From: Reclinomonas americana ATCC 50394
Lineage: Eukaryota
NCBI GenBank assembly: GCA_048213135.1
Contig: PS015009.1
Span: forward strand, 1,116,001 to 1,180,000
Direction: 5' to 3'
Length of the DNA stretch: 64,000 nucleotides
Position 1 is the first letter of the stretch. Each line of letters begins with the position of its first letter. Below are positions 8,866 to 18,465 of this stretch, piece by piece. Under the pieces are notes generated by a model. The model did no database searches. It was not told the origin of the DNA and saw only the letters and a program-made list of their open reading frames with translations. Made by a program: the position numbers and the translations under genes.

Positions 8866-9117
8866 AAGTTACTGGAACACTTTAATAAGTTACTTAGAAT
8901 ATCTAAGAAGATACTGTAACACCCTTACAAGTTGCTGAAGCCATTTTACAAGTTACCGGGTCATTCAAAGAAGTTACTGAATACATCTTACAGGTTACTG
9001 GAACATTCTAATAAGTTACTGAGGCTATCTAAGAAGCTACTGGAACACTCTTACATGTTACCGGGTAATCCTTACAAATTGCTGAAGCTGCCTGGCAAGT
9101 TCCTGCGTCACCCTTAC
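8866..9117. repeat. Tandem array of 12 x 21-bp units
   Basis: Exact 21-bp period; consensus AAGTTACTG-N6-YCTWAN. Confidence 0.9.
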
Positions 9118-9249
9118 GCCTCCTCCAAACATATCGCCTCATTCCTTCCCTTCTTCACTCTTTCATTCTTTCATTAACATTTTTATACCCTCTGCTACGG
9201 ATATACGCTGTTCCTTTTTCCCGCTACCTTACCATTCTAAATTTATACC

Positions 9250-9942
9250 ATGCCCTCCCTCTATCAAAAGATCCTCGTACTTGCCATGGGCCCCACCAAC
9301 GATGAAGGCATCGTTCGCGGCGCGGCAAAAAGCAACGGCCCCATATTCAAATCTCACGTTGAAAAAGCCACCAAAGGCCAGGTAAAGCTGGAGCTCTTCT
9401 ACCCGGAATACCTTAACAACGATTTTCATACCGACGACTTTATGGATTTTGGCGGCACCCTCCGGTACATCGCCAAATACAACAAAACTTTCGATGATAT
9501 ACTGGTGCATAACTGCGGCATAAAGCCTTACCAGTACGATTATATTCTTAGGGTGTATAAGCATCCGCCCAAACTGGTATCGGGTTTTTACGCCAATACC
9601 TGGATGTGGTACAACCAATACCTGGGCACACCGCACCTGAAAAAAGGTTACACCTCGCTGCTGGCCAATCCTACTATCCCATCAGGCGTTATAGCACCAC
9701 CCATGTGGGAAACCATGGTGCATGAGTATTGCCACCAGCTGGAGCACCGGTTCAACGATGCGGGTGTTAAATATTTCGTTAACTCCGACAGGAAGAACGA
9801 ACTGCAGAGTAATCCATTCTTCACCTCCACTTCCAACATCGACTTTTATTACAAGATCATGGCCAACCTTGAGTTTCCTTACAACGGCATACAAAGTGTG
9901 CCTTATCACAAACTCAATGGCATTGCCGGCGTGTGGAAGTAG
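9250..9942 (+). CDS. Putative zincin metallopeptidase
   Basis: 230 aa containing MVHEYCHQLE (HExxH); no signal peptide evident. Confidence 0.65.
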   Translation: MPSLYQKILVLAMGPTNDEGIVRGAAKSNGPIFKSHVEKATKGQVKLELFYPEYLNNDFHTDDFMDFGGTLRYIAKYNKTFDDILVHNCGIKPYQYDYILRVYKHPPKLVSGFYANTWMWYNQYLGTPHLKKGYTSLLANPTIPSGVIAPPMWETMVHEYCHQLEHRFNDAGVKYFVNSDRKNELQSNPFFTSTSNIDFYYKIMANLEFPYNGIQSVPYHKLNGIAGVWK

Positions 9943-9958
9943 GAATAGAAAACAGCGA

Positions 9959-10270
9959 TTTTTCACCGCAAAGAACAGGAGAACGCAGAGTTAACGCAAA
10001 GATTTTCTCAATGAATCTCTGTGAAAACGCTCTGTGCCATCTGTGAAAATTTTACCGAAAAGAACGAGAGAGCGCAGAGGCAACGCAAAGGATTCTCTCC
10101 ATGTCTCTCCGTAAAAAATCATCACCGGGGTCTCGTGCCGAAGACCCCGGCGGAACATCAGAAAGAACGCTGAGGTTACGGACTTTCTCTGTGAACCTCT
10201 GTGAAAACACTCCGTGTATCTTCGTGAAAAATACTCACCCGGGTCCCGTTCCGGAGGCCCGGCGAAAAAC
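9959..10270. repeat. Composite REP/MITE-like element, copy 2 (direct orientation)
   Basis: Same sub-unit order as 7589-7903 with scattered substitutions. Confidence 0.85.
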
Positions 10271-10319
10271 AAAATATAAACATCGCTGTTTCGTCTGCCG
10301 TGTTAACTTTTGCGGAACG

Positions 10320-10676
10320 TTACTCTATCACTAATGGCTCTTCAGACCCTATATTTTTCCAATACCGGGCAGTGAGTATACCTGTATAGTACCGCAGAGA
10401 AAAAATAAAATGTATCACCAGCCATAAGAGGAAAATGGGTTGAAAAGAAGGCGTCCACACTTCGGCATCCCTTATTACCGCACCTACTTTTAACATGGCA
10501 ACAGCCGGGCTGTACGACAGCAAACCAGCTAACCCCAGCAGGATAGTAAGCCCCAGCAGCAGTACGCCAATTTTGTGGTTTTTCAGGAATGCTAAACTGG
10601 TGATCAGTAACAGGGCAAGGCCTGCCATATGTTTATACATCAGCAGGCAATCGCCACTGAACCTGGCCCACAGCAA
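10320..10676 (-). CDS. Hypothetical membrane protein (start uncertain)
   Basis: Three hydrophobic segments; the frame stays open upstream of the TTG without an ATG. Confidence 0.55.
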   Translation of the reverse strand: MLWARFSGDCLLMYKHMAGLALLLITSLAFLKNHKIGVLLLGLTILLGLAGLLSYSPAVAMLKVGAVIRDAEVWTPSFQPIFLLWLVIHFIFSLRYYTGILTARYWKNIGSEEPLVIE

Positions 10677-10860
10677 ATTTCCTGCGGAAAACCACAGGAT
10701 AAGAAGTACAATCAGATCGGTCAGTTTTTTTCTGATGGTTTCATTAGTTATTTCAGGTGCGCAATATTACATCACATTTTATTTCCGGCGTTCCATATTT
10801 AAGAGGCTACCGTGTTTAGCTGCCCTCCTATTGAAGAGATAATACATGAAGGCCGGCTCA

Positions 10861-11325
10861 TCACAAGAACACCATCATATATACTTCATCTGGCCGGCTG
10901 CGGAAATCGTTGGGCAGAGGTAGGGGTATTGTCCATTCGTATTTTTTTGCAGCCCCATCTTTCAGGTAGTCAAAATAAAATGTATTGTCTTTCAGTTTTA
11001 CCGGTAAACGATCCGGCATATCAGGATAACATTTCGCCACCAGGCTGCGTTTGTCATCAAAAAAATAAATAACACTGTGGCCATGCCAGGTTGCGGCGGC
11101 TCTTACTTTATAAAATTCCTTTACCACGTGATAAACGGTTTTCTGATTGACATCTTTCAGTACCCCCAGGTAAGTAACCCAGCTGGTATCGTCGTAATTG
11201 GCCTGCCGGAAAACTTTACCGGGCTGGTTGCTGTTGATGATCCATTTATACCTGCGCAACTGCCCATAGGTGCAGGCCGCACAACCCAGCAGCAAAAGAA
11301 ACAGGAAAAAAGCGAAGCGTTTCAT
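10861..11325 (-). CDS. Exported hypothetical protein
   Basis: Likely start MKRFAFFLFLLLLGCAAC (signal or lipoprotein peptide). Confidence 0.65.
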   Translation of the reverse strand: MKRFAFFLFLLLLGCAACTYGQLRRYKWIINSNQPGKVFRQANYDDTSWVTYLGVLKDVNQKTVYHVVKEFYKVRAAATWHGHSVIYFFDDKRSLVAKCYPDMPDRLPVKLKDNTFYFDYLKDGAAKKYEWTIPLPLPNDFRSRPDEVYMMVFL

Positions 11326-11438
11326 ACCGGTAAAATTATACTGCCAAGATATACTTTTATTATTACTGCCCACATTCCCGCTTAAGCCAAAAGGCGTACT
11401 GTAAATAAAGTACGCCTTCGCCTGTTTGATCAACCGGT

Positions 11439-11846
11439 CTAGTACACGTATTCCGGTGGTACAATGCCTTTAAGCCTCAGGTAGGTTGTTGCCTGGCCCC
11501 TGTGGTGGGTGATGTGATCGATGGTGGCATAAAAACCCTGCACTGCTGTTTCGTTCAGTTCCACGGTATTGATCGTTTGCAGAAGCTGATCATAAGCGGC
11601 CTGCAGGTATTGCTTAACCTCCTCCTTTCCTGTGGGCAGTGCAGGCGGGTTCCAGTCCGCTTTTTCTTTCCGGATGAAATTACTTTCCCACCAATGTATA
11701 CCATAACCCATGTGGTTGAGCAGTTCGCCAAATGACCATACCTCTTCCGTGGGTTTAAAGCTGTATTCTTTGCCGGGCAGGGCCTCGGCCACAGCGAGGG
11801 TGTAGTTCCTGGAATTATCCAGTGTTGCAGATAATTGCGCTTTCAT
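11439..11846 (-). CDS. DinB family protein
   Basis: FKPTEEVWSFGELLNHM and DHITHHRGQATTYLRLKGIVPP metal-binding His motifs. Confidence 0.9.
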   Translation of the reverse strand: MKAQLSATLDNSRNYTLAVAEALPGKEYSFKPTEEVWSFGELLNHMGYGIHWWESNFIRKEKADWNPPALPTGKEEVKQYLQAAYDQLLQTINTVELNETAVQGFYATIDHITHHRGQATTYLRLKGIVPPEYVY

Positions 11847-11908
11847 AAATGTTTGTTTTTACGAAAGTAGCGGCACCCCGGCGGGCAGGGTTACGAAATC
11901 TTGCTGTT

Positions 11909-12766
11909 TTAATGAATGACTTTCGCTCTTTGCAGGCGGTAGGTTTGCGGCGGGCATTTATATTTTTTGCTGAACGCCGCGGTAAAGTGCTCTGTACTGT
12001 TAAACCCTGAAGCAATGGCTATATCCAGAACAGGAAGCGACGTATCTTTCAGGAGCAATTCCGCGTGTTTCAATCTTACACCCAGCAGGAACTGGTGAGG
12101 CGTATAAGCCGTAAAGGTTTTGAATATGCGGGCAAAATGAAAAAGACTCACGTTGCAATACTGCGCCATTTCTGACAGGGAGATGTCATCCTGGAAATGC
12201 AGGCTGATGTATTGTTTGGCTTTTTCAATTGTGTACAGGTGATGCCGCTTTAGCCGCTCTGCGATGATATCTTCCTCATCCTCCTCACCTACTTTACCCA
12301 ATATGCTCCCGATCATATCCAGTACCAGTGTGTCGATTTCCAGCCTGCCGGCATGGCCGGATTGCACCAGTTGTAAAATACGAAAATGCAGCAATTCCGC
12401 TTCGGCGTCCACTTTCACCAGGGTACCGTGCTGGTCGTTGTCGAACAAAAATTTCAGGCTGTGGTGCTGCCCGCACAATTGTTCATAAAAAGGCAGTGTA
12501 AAATCGAAGATGGTACATTCGTCGGGCATCGCCGTTACGTGAGTAACTGTTCTTTCGTAGTGAGGCTTCGTTACCAGTACGCACCCGTTATACGAGTCGA
12601 GTTTTTTCCTGAAAACATTGAAGAAGAAATTACCTGTTCTTACAAAACTGATGCTGAAAGACTGGTTATACTCTGGTTGTGACGTACCACATTCGGTACA
12701 GCGGCATTTAAAATCGATGATACGATAGAATGCTGAAGTGTACAGGGTGTGAATGTCGGCGTCCAT
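11909..12766 (-). CDS. AraC family transcriptional regulator
   Basis: C-terminal dual HTH: SLFHFARIFK...IAIASGFNSTEHFTAAFSKKYKCPP. Confidence 0.92.
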   Translation of the reverse strand: MDADIHTLYTSAFYRIIDFKCRCTECGTSQPEYNQSFSISFVRTGNFFFNVFRKKLDSYNGCVLVTKPHYERTVTHVTAMPDECTIFDFTLPFYEQLCGQHHSLKFLFDNDQHGTLVKVDAEAELLHFRILQLVQSGHAGRLEIDTLVLDMIGSILGKVGEEDEEDIIAERLKRHHLYTIEKAKQYISLHFQDDISLSEMAQYCNVSLFHFARIFKTFTAYTPHQFLLGVRLKHAELLLKDTSLPVLDIAIASGFNSTEHFTAAFSKKYKCPPQTYRLQRAKVIH

Positions 12767-12770
12767 AGCA

Positions 12771-13262
12771 TTATGGGGCTGAAGGAGGCAGCTGTGAATA
12801 ATATTTCGGTCTTACCGTTGCCAGTACAGGTTCCCCGGGATAGCCGGGTTTACCGTCGATGGTGATGGTTTTGCCTTCGTATTCATTCCTTGCGGCGCGG
12901 GTATCGGTCATAAATTGCTGCACTTTATCGGAAGGAACAAAAAAGTAGTAGCCATAGAAATAAAACACCTGCAGACTTTGGGTTTTACGTTTGAATTTGA
13001 TCTCCAGCGTTTTTCCGTCGCGGATGCTCCATTTGCCGCTGCGTTCATTCACTTCCACAACGCCACCCATACTCTGGCTGCAAATGCCGCCGGGTTGAAA
13101 ATGGTAGGTTGTACTGCCGTAAGGATTGGGAATAGAAAAGCCATTGCGGATAAGATCAAAGCTGATGAACTCCTGTGGCCTGGGATCGGAAGGAACCAAT
13201 ATCTGTGCCTGTATGGCAAATGAACACATACCGCAGAACAGCAAGCAAAGCAGGTGACGCAT
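12771..13262 (-). CDS. Exported hypothetical protein
   Basis: 163 aa with signal peptide ending AIQA-Q. Confidence 0.65.
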   Translation of the reverse strand: MRHLLCLLFCGMCSFAIQAQILVPSDPRPQEFISFDLIRNGFSIPNPYGSTTYHFQPGGICSQSMGGVVEVNERSGKWSIRDGKTLEIKFKRKTQSLQVFYFYGYYFFVPSDKVQQFMTDTRAARNEYEGKTITIDGKPGYPGEPVLATVRPKYYSQLPPSAP

Positions 13263-13359
13263 AACGTATTTTTTAAATTGCAGATTTTATACCCTGCTTA
13301 AAGATACGAAGTCCTGTAAAACGAAACTGTTAACTTTTTATATGAACAAATTCCCTGTT

Positions 13360-13857
13360 TTAACCCGGTTCATCCATTTGCTTCCTGTAAGCGTCTTCCT
13401 CTTCTTTTGTAAGCAGAGGTGTTGCACAGCTTAAAAACCAGTCGTTTACATGTTTTGTCATCCCCACACACCCACTGTTATACCTGAATGACTGCCTGTT
13501 GCGTATATGCCTGGCAAGGAGTTCCTTTACCCGGCTGCTCTTTTTCGCTACCAGTACACGGAAGGCGTACGCTTTTACGCATGCGCTGTAATGATCTGTA
13601 AGTTGTACCAACTCTTCTTCGGAAGCATTATAAAGGGAGAGATAACGCTCGTATTGTTCCGACAGCTTACCGGAATAACCAATGGCAGCCTCATCAACGG
13701 AGCCGTATGCCGCTATCCGCTCAACGATCCTTTTCAGCCTGATCTTCTTTTGTTTGGGAAAGACAAGGTCGACTGTGTTTGCTGATATTGCCGGTTCATT
13801 ATTGTTTTGCGCCCAGGCCGCATATGGAAGGAGCAGCATCCAGAAAACAAACCTCAT
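13360..13857 (-). CDS. Exported hypothetical protein (HEAT-like helical segment)
   Basis: Likely start MRFVFWMLLLPYAAWA-Q; ELVQLTDHYSACVKAYAF. Confidence 0.65.
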   Translation of the reverse strand: MRFVFWMLLLPYAAWAQNNNEPAISANTVDLVFPKQKKIRLKRIVERIAAYGSVDEAAIGYSGKLSEQYERYLSLYNASEEELVQLTDHYSACVKAYAFRVLVAKKSSRVKELLARHIRNRQSFRYNSGCVGMTKHVNDWFLSCATPLLTKEEEDAYRKQMDEPG

Positions 13858-13867
13858 ATGGTATATA

Positions 13868-14227
13868 TTATATCTTATCAAGCGTATGCCGGGTCAATTC
13901 TCCCTGGGTATCTCCTGTATTCAGCGTGGAAGCGGGTTCAAACAGCATAACAGACACTTCATTTTCCGCCACGGGCCGGTGCTCCACACCCCGCGGAACG
14001 ATGATGAATTCGTTCTCATTGATCACAACTGACCTGTCGCGGTACTCCATAGTAAAACTTCCTTTCAGCACATAGAACAATTCATCTTCATGATCGTGTT
14101 TGTGCCAGACAAATTCGCCTTTGAATTTAACAAATTTTACATGCTGACCATTAAGTTCTCCCGCGATCCTCGGGTTCCAGTAATCCGAAAAGAGCGACAA
14201 TTTTTCTGCGACATTTACTTTTTCCAT
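13868..14227 (-). CDS. Cupin domain protein
   Basis: GEFVWHKHDHEDELFYV and IVPRGVEHRP cupin motifs. Confidence 0.92.
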   Translation of the reverse strand: MEKVNVAEKLSLFSDYWNPRIAGELNGQHVKFVKFKGEFVWHKHDHEDELFYVLKGSFTMEYRDRSVVINENEFIIVPRGVEHRPVAENEVSVMLFEPASTLNTGDTQGELTRHTLDKI

Positions 14228-14382
14228 GATGCTGTTTGAAGAATCTAAATTTACACCATCTCATTCACTTTGCTGCTAATGATATACAGATCGTTAACGG
14301 CTATACATGAAGAAGCCCCGCTCTGTAGATAGCGAGGCTCTTCGTCTCCTGTCGTGCCTAACAATTAAAAGTTGAAGCCGGG

Positions 14383-15126
14383 TTATGCGCCCTGGCCATT
14401 AAGTATTTTCGACCGGCTAAGGTAGCGCCTGTTCGGGTAATACAGGAAAAGGCAGCTGCCATTCTTAATGCGGTCAATTATTTTTTTATTCTCCGAAACG
14501 GAAACAGCGGGACAACCAAAACTGCGTCCCAGGTAACCGTTGGTTCTGATAAATTCGTTGCTTACATAATCCGCCCCGTGAAAAACGATGGCCCGGCTGT
14601 ACGCGTTATCGTTGAACCCTTTATCGCAGCCTTTCAGTTTTAATGAATAACCATTATCACCATAATAGGTGTTCATCGTAATATAAAAACCGAGGCTGGT
14701 TTTGTAAGAAGATTCTTCATTGGAAAAATCGGTAGCATATTCCAAACCGGAGTTGCGGCCGTGCGCTACCAGTGTATTGAATACCACTTCGCCGCTTTCC
14801 ATATCCAGCACATACAATCTTTTTTGAGAGGAAGGTTTGCTGTAGTCGATGATGGTAAGCACTTTTTCATTGGTGATCTGGTGCCTTTCGCCCAGCCTGT
14901 TATACCCGGTAATGGCCAATTCAAAGGCTGGCCTCGACAAACCCGATGTTTCCAGGTTCCAGGCATTGTACATATCAACCACGTTAACCGATAAGCGGGC
15001 CAGCGGGATCAATGAACCAACCGTGTGCTCGTATTCGCCGGCGCCACTTCTTGAAGCAGACCGGGCTGGTACCAGGGTTACGGAAAGCAATAGCAACAGA
15101 ACAATTACAGAACGTGTCAATCTCAT
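14383..15126 (-). CDS. Murein L,D-transpeptidase catalytic domain protein (YkuD_2-like)
   Basis: IIDYSKPSSQKRL, VAHGRNSG, AIVFHGADY...GRSFGCPA. Confidence 0.9.
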   Translation of the reverse strand: MRLTRSVIVLLLLLSVTLVPARSASRSGAGEYEHTVGSLIPLARLSVNVVDMYNAWNLETSGLSRPAFELAITGYNRLGERHQITNEKVLTIIDYSKPSSQKRLYVLDMESGEVVFNTLVAHGRNSGLEYATDFSNEESSYKTSLGFYITMNTYYGDNGYSLKLKGCDKGFNDNAYSRAIVFHGADYVSNEFIRTNGYLGRSFGCPAVSVSENKKIIDRIKNGSCLFLYYPNRRYLSRSKILNGQGA

Positions 15127-15380
15127 TACTTGAACTTGGTGTTTACGACTTAAGAATTGCTGGTTATAAATCGTTTTACAGGGCTGCTTTATTGTGTGGC
15201 CGGGACGGATGCTGACAGATATAATTTATTTTTATATTATAGAAATTTATCTATCGGGATGCAAAGTAACGACAAAAACCCCTGCCAGGCCCCGGCCCCC
15301 GGCTTTAGGTTTTGTTAAAAAAGCGGCTAAATTCCGGCCCGGATTGACGAACCATTAACCAATATGGCGTGTTTAAATTG

Positions 15381-15388
15381 TATATTTG
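15381..15388 (+). promoter_or_regulatory. Sigma-A -7 element for the dar operon
   Basis: TATATTTG ending 17 nt before the ATG at 15406. Confidence 0.6.
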
Positions 15389-15405
15389 TCACCCAACTTA
15401 AGCAT

Positions 15406-15885
15406 ATGAAACTGAGGATCATTGCCGCCTTTTTACTGTTAGTGGGTTTTATACCCGGCCGGGCCGGAATAAACCACCTTTTCATTGACCGCAGCGCCTT
15501 TTATGCTGCCATATCCTCTGATAATGTGTCGAGTATAGACACCCAGCTGGATAACCTCAAGGCCGGGAGCGGCAACGAAAAAGACGCTTTTGAAGGTGCT
15601 CTGCTGATGAAAAAGGCCGGGCTGGTGGCCAAAACAAGCGAAAAAATGCGCCTGTTCAAAGCCGGCCGCACCAAACTGGAGAACGCCATTAAGAAAGATA
15701 CCGATAACACAGAATTTCACTTTTTGCGCCTGCTTATCCAGGAAAACGCGCCCAAAATTGTAAACTACCGCGATAATCTGGAGGCTGATATTGCCTTTGT
15801 AAAATCAAATTATAAGGCCCTGCCACCGCCTGTACAACAGGTGATTGTGGACTACAGCAAAAAATCGAAGGCGCTGAAGTTATAA
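15406..15885 (+). CDS. Exported helical hypothetical protein heading the dar operon
   Basis: Start MKLRIIAAFLLL; FLRLLIQENAP motif; 14 nt before darA. Confidence 0.75.
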   Translation: MKLRIIAAFLLLVGFIPGRAGINHLFIDRSAFYAAISSDNVSSIDTQLDNLKAGSGNEKDAFEGALLMKKAGLVAKTSEKMRLFKAGRTKLENAIKKDTDNTEFHFLRLLIQENAPKIVNYRDNLEADIAFVKSNYKALPPPVQQVIVDYSKKSKALKL

Positions 15886-15899
15886 CCGCATATCCCAAC

Positions 15900-16799
15900 A
15901 TGAGTAAAAAGATCCTGGTCCTTTATTACTCCCAAACCGGGCAACTGGGAGAGATACTGGACTCTTTGACACGACCTTTAACCGAGGCCGGCCACTTTAT
16001 TGAACGTGTACAGGTACATCCTGCCGTTGCTTACGACTTCCCCTGGAAAGGCAAAAGCTTTTTTGCGGTGATGCCCGACTGTGTACTGCAGGTGCCCTCG
16101 CAGCTGAAACCTTTCTCGCTGAAAGAAACGGCTTACGACCTGGTGATACTGGGTTACCAGGCCTGGTTCCTTTCGCCCAGCATACCCTTCAACTCCATTT
16201 TACAGGACCCCGCGGTAAGGGCTGTACTGAAAGACACCCCGGTTGTTACCATCACCGGCGCCCGCAACATGTGGATAAGCGCTATGGAAAAGATCAAGCC
16301 CACTTTAAAAACGATCGGTGCCAGGCTGGTGGGTAACATCGCCCTTGTTGACAAGCATGCCAACTTCGTCAGCTTTGTTACCATCTTTCACTGGATGTTC
16401 AGTGGCAGGAAAGACCGCTACCTTAATCTCTTTCCCAAGCCCGGGGTATCAGACGAAGACATTGCCGGTTGCAGCGTATTCGGAACAACCATTGAAAAAC
16501 ATCTTTTGAGTGACGACTGGAACAACCTGCAGGATGCATTGGTAGCACAAAAAGCAGTTGTTATCAAATACAACTTAATGTTCATAGAATCCAAAGCCAG
16601 GCGCATTTTCGCGGTGTGGGCCAACATCATTGTGAAAAGAAAAAAAAGAACTCCCTGGCTTGTTGCATTCAAATATTATCTTTTAATTGCACTGTTTATA
16701 GCCGCCCCGATCATATTAACAGTTGATGCAATCTTCTTCAAACCCTTTCTATCCGGGCGCATAAAAAAACAGAAACAATATTATTCAGGCGTAAATTAA
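15900..16799 (+). CDS. darA: Dialkylresorcinol condensing enzyme DarA
   Basis: Flavodoxin-like start KILVLYYSQTGQL, LGYQAWFLSPSIP, GARNMW; adjacent to a KAS III gene. Confidence 0.88.
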   Translation: MSKKILVLYYSQTGQLGEILDSLTRPLTEAGHFIERVQVHPAVAYDFPWKGKSFFAVMPDCVLQVPSQLKPFSLKETAYDLVILGYQAWFLSPSIPFNSILQDPAVRAVLKDTPVVTITGARNMWISAMEKIKPTLKTIGARLVGNIALVDKHANFVSFVTIFHWMFSGRKDRYLNLFPKPGVSDEDIAGCSVFGTTIEKHLLSDDWNNLQDALVAQKAVVIKYNLMFIESKARRIFAVWANIIVKRKKRTPWLVAFKYYLLIALFIAAPIILTVDAIFFKPFLSGRIKKQKQYYSGVN

Positions 16800-16812
16800 T
16801 AACACAGAGACA

Positions 16813-17961
16813 ATGTCGTTTAACGAGGTTTACATTATCAATACTTCTTCTTTTTTTCCGAATGACGCGATAAGCAATGATGATATGGAAGGCTTCTTAG
16901 GTTATATCGATGATAAACCTTCCAAATCCAAAAGAATTGTTTTGCGGAACAATGGTATCACCAACAGGTACTATGCCCTGAACAAGGAAGGGAAATCCAC
17001 TCATACCAATGCGCAGATCACCGCAGAAGCTGTAAGGGCGGTTGTGGGCAACACGGAAGAAGGCCTCAAAAGCATTGAACTGCTTTCCTGCGGTACCTCC
17101 ACGCCCGACCAGATGATGCCAGCCCACGGTGTAATGGTGCACGGACTGCTGCCCGAAACCAACAGCATTGAGGTGATTTCCCCGGCAGGTGTTTGCTGTG
17201 CCGGGATGCACGCCCTTAAATATGCCTACCTCGCCATTAAAACCGGCGATGCGCATACTGCCGTAGCCACCGGTTCGGAACGTTTTTCCACTTCGCTGGT
17301 ATCAGCCCAGTTTGAAGATGAGGCGCAGCAACTGAAAGCGCTGGAAGAAAACCCTTATATCGGTTTTGAAAAAGAATTCCTCAGGTGGATGCTGTCCGAC
17401 GGCGCCGCCGCCTTCCTCATGTCCGATAAAAAGAACGAGACCGGCCTTTCCCTCCGTGTAGAATGGCTGGAAGGCGTTTCTTATGCCAACCAAATGGAAG
17501 CCTGTATGTACAGCGCCAGCGAAAAGATGAGCGATGGTTCATTGAAAAGCTATATGGACTTTACACACGAAGAAGTGATTAATAAATCGGTACTCAGCAT
17601 TAAACAGGATGTAAAACTGCTGAGCGAAAACATTGTGCCGCTGGGCGGTGTTGGTCTGAAAGCCGCGCTGGACAAGCATGGTGTTAAATCATCGGAGATC
17701 GATTATTTCCTGCCGCATATGTCGAGCCATTTCTTTAAAGATAAAATTTTCACCCGCCTCATCGAGAACGGCACTGGTATTCCCTACGATAAATGGTTCG
17801 TTAACCTGAGCACTGTGGGTAATGTAGGCGCCGCTTCTGTTTACCTGATGGTAGACGAACTTTTCCACAGCGGTAAACTGAAAGTGGGCGATAAGATATT
17901 GTTGCTGGTTCCGGAAAGCGCACGCTTCTCTTATATGTACAGCCTGCTGACGGTGTGTTAG
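16813..17961 (+). CDS. darB: DarB-type beta-ketoacyl-ACP synthase III
   Basis: AGVCCAG, LPHMSS and GNVGAAS give the Cys-His-Asn triad; FLRWMLSDGA; VPESARF. Confidence 0.9.
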   Translation: MSFNEVYIINTSSFFPNDAISNDDMEGFLGYIDDKPSKSKRIVLRNNGITNRYYALNKEGKSTHTNAQITAEAVRAVVGNTEEGLKSIELLSCGTSTPDQMMPAHGVMVHGLLPETNSIEVISPAGVCCAGMHALKYAYLAIKTGDAHTAVATGSERFSTSLVSAQFEDEAQQLKALEENPYIGFEKEFLRWMLSDGAAAFLMSDKKNETGLSLRVEWLEGVSYANQMEACMYSASEKMSDGSLKSYMDFTHEEVINKSVLSIKQDVKLLSENIVPLGGVGLKAALDKHGVKSSEIDYFLPHMSSHFFKDKIFTRLIENGTGIPYDKWFVNLSTVGNVGAASVYLMVDELFHSGKLKVGDKILLLVPESARFSYMYSLLTVC

Positions 17962-17962
17962 A

Positions 17963-18048
17963 AGATGTGGGATGCAGATCAAGATGCGGGATACAAGATG
18001 ACGGATTGCGGACGGGAATTCGTAATCCGTAATTGATAATTCGTAATT
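17963..18048. repeat. Intergenic heptamer-repeat hairpin
   Basis: GATGCGG/GATACAA/GATGACG/GATTGCG units followed by ATTCGTA/ATCCGTA/ATTGATA units; ACGGATTGCGGA can pair with TTCGTAATCCGT. Confidence 0.65.
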
Positions 18049-18057
18049 CTCATTCAC

Positions 18058-18465
18058 ATGAAAAAAGAAGAAATCCCGCAAGACGACGGCGCCCTCAACA
18101 AACTCACCAAAGAAGTTTGTTATGCCGTGGATAAAGATGGCAATTACACTACCGAACTCAGCACCGGCTGGGACGTAAAGAAAAAAGCGCTGGACCTGGC
18201 CTGGGAAGACATTGAACAAAAGATTGCCGCCGCCAAACAAAAAGTACTGAACGGCGAAGCCAGTCCGCTCTTATATTTTATAGAACTCCGGCTGATGGAT
18301 GTGAGCATCCTCTCCGCCTATACCGGTTTCTGGAAATGGACCATCAAACGCCACCTGAAACCATCTGTATTCAACAAACTTTCTGAAGAACGGTTGCAAC
18401 GATACGCCGAAGCGTTTAACATTACCGTGCCGGAACTTAAAACCATGAATGTACATGATAACTGA
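18058..18465 (+). CDS. Conserved hypothetical protein of dar clusters (C-terminal HTH-like)
   Basis: YAVDKDGNY..STGWDV; SPLLYFIELRLMD; KRHLKPSVF. Confidence 0.8.
   Translation: MKKEEIPQDDGALNKLTKEVCYAVDKDGNYTTELSTGWDVKKKALDLAWEDIEQKIAAAKQKVLNGEASPLLYFIELRLMDVSILSAYTGFWKWTIKRHLKPSVFNKLSEERLQRYAEAFNITVPELKTMNVHDN

Noticed and set aside
8866-9117. CRISPR array or TIGR-type guide array
   Set aside because: The 21-bp period leaves only about 6 variable nt, the repeats are degenerate, and no cas or Nop-domain gene is recognisable nearby
8932-9177. 81-aa heptad-repeat ORF
   Set aside because: It starts at a TTG inside unit 4 just after an in-frame TAA in unit 3; probably a by-product of the 21-bp periodicity, though not fully excluded
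4250-10270. Prophage or IS element
   Set aside because: No integrase, transposase or phage structural gene is recognisable; the holin-like look of the small TM proteins is not enough without an endolysin
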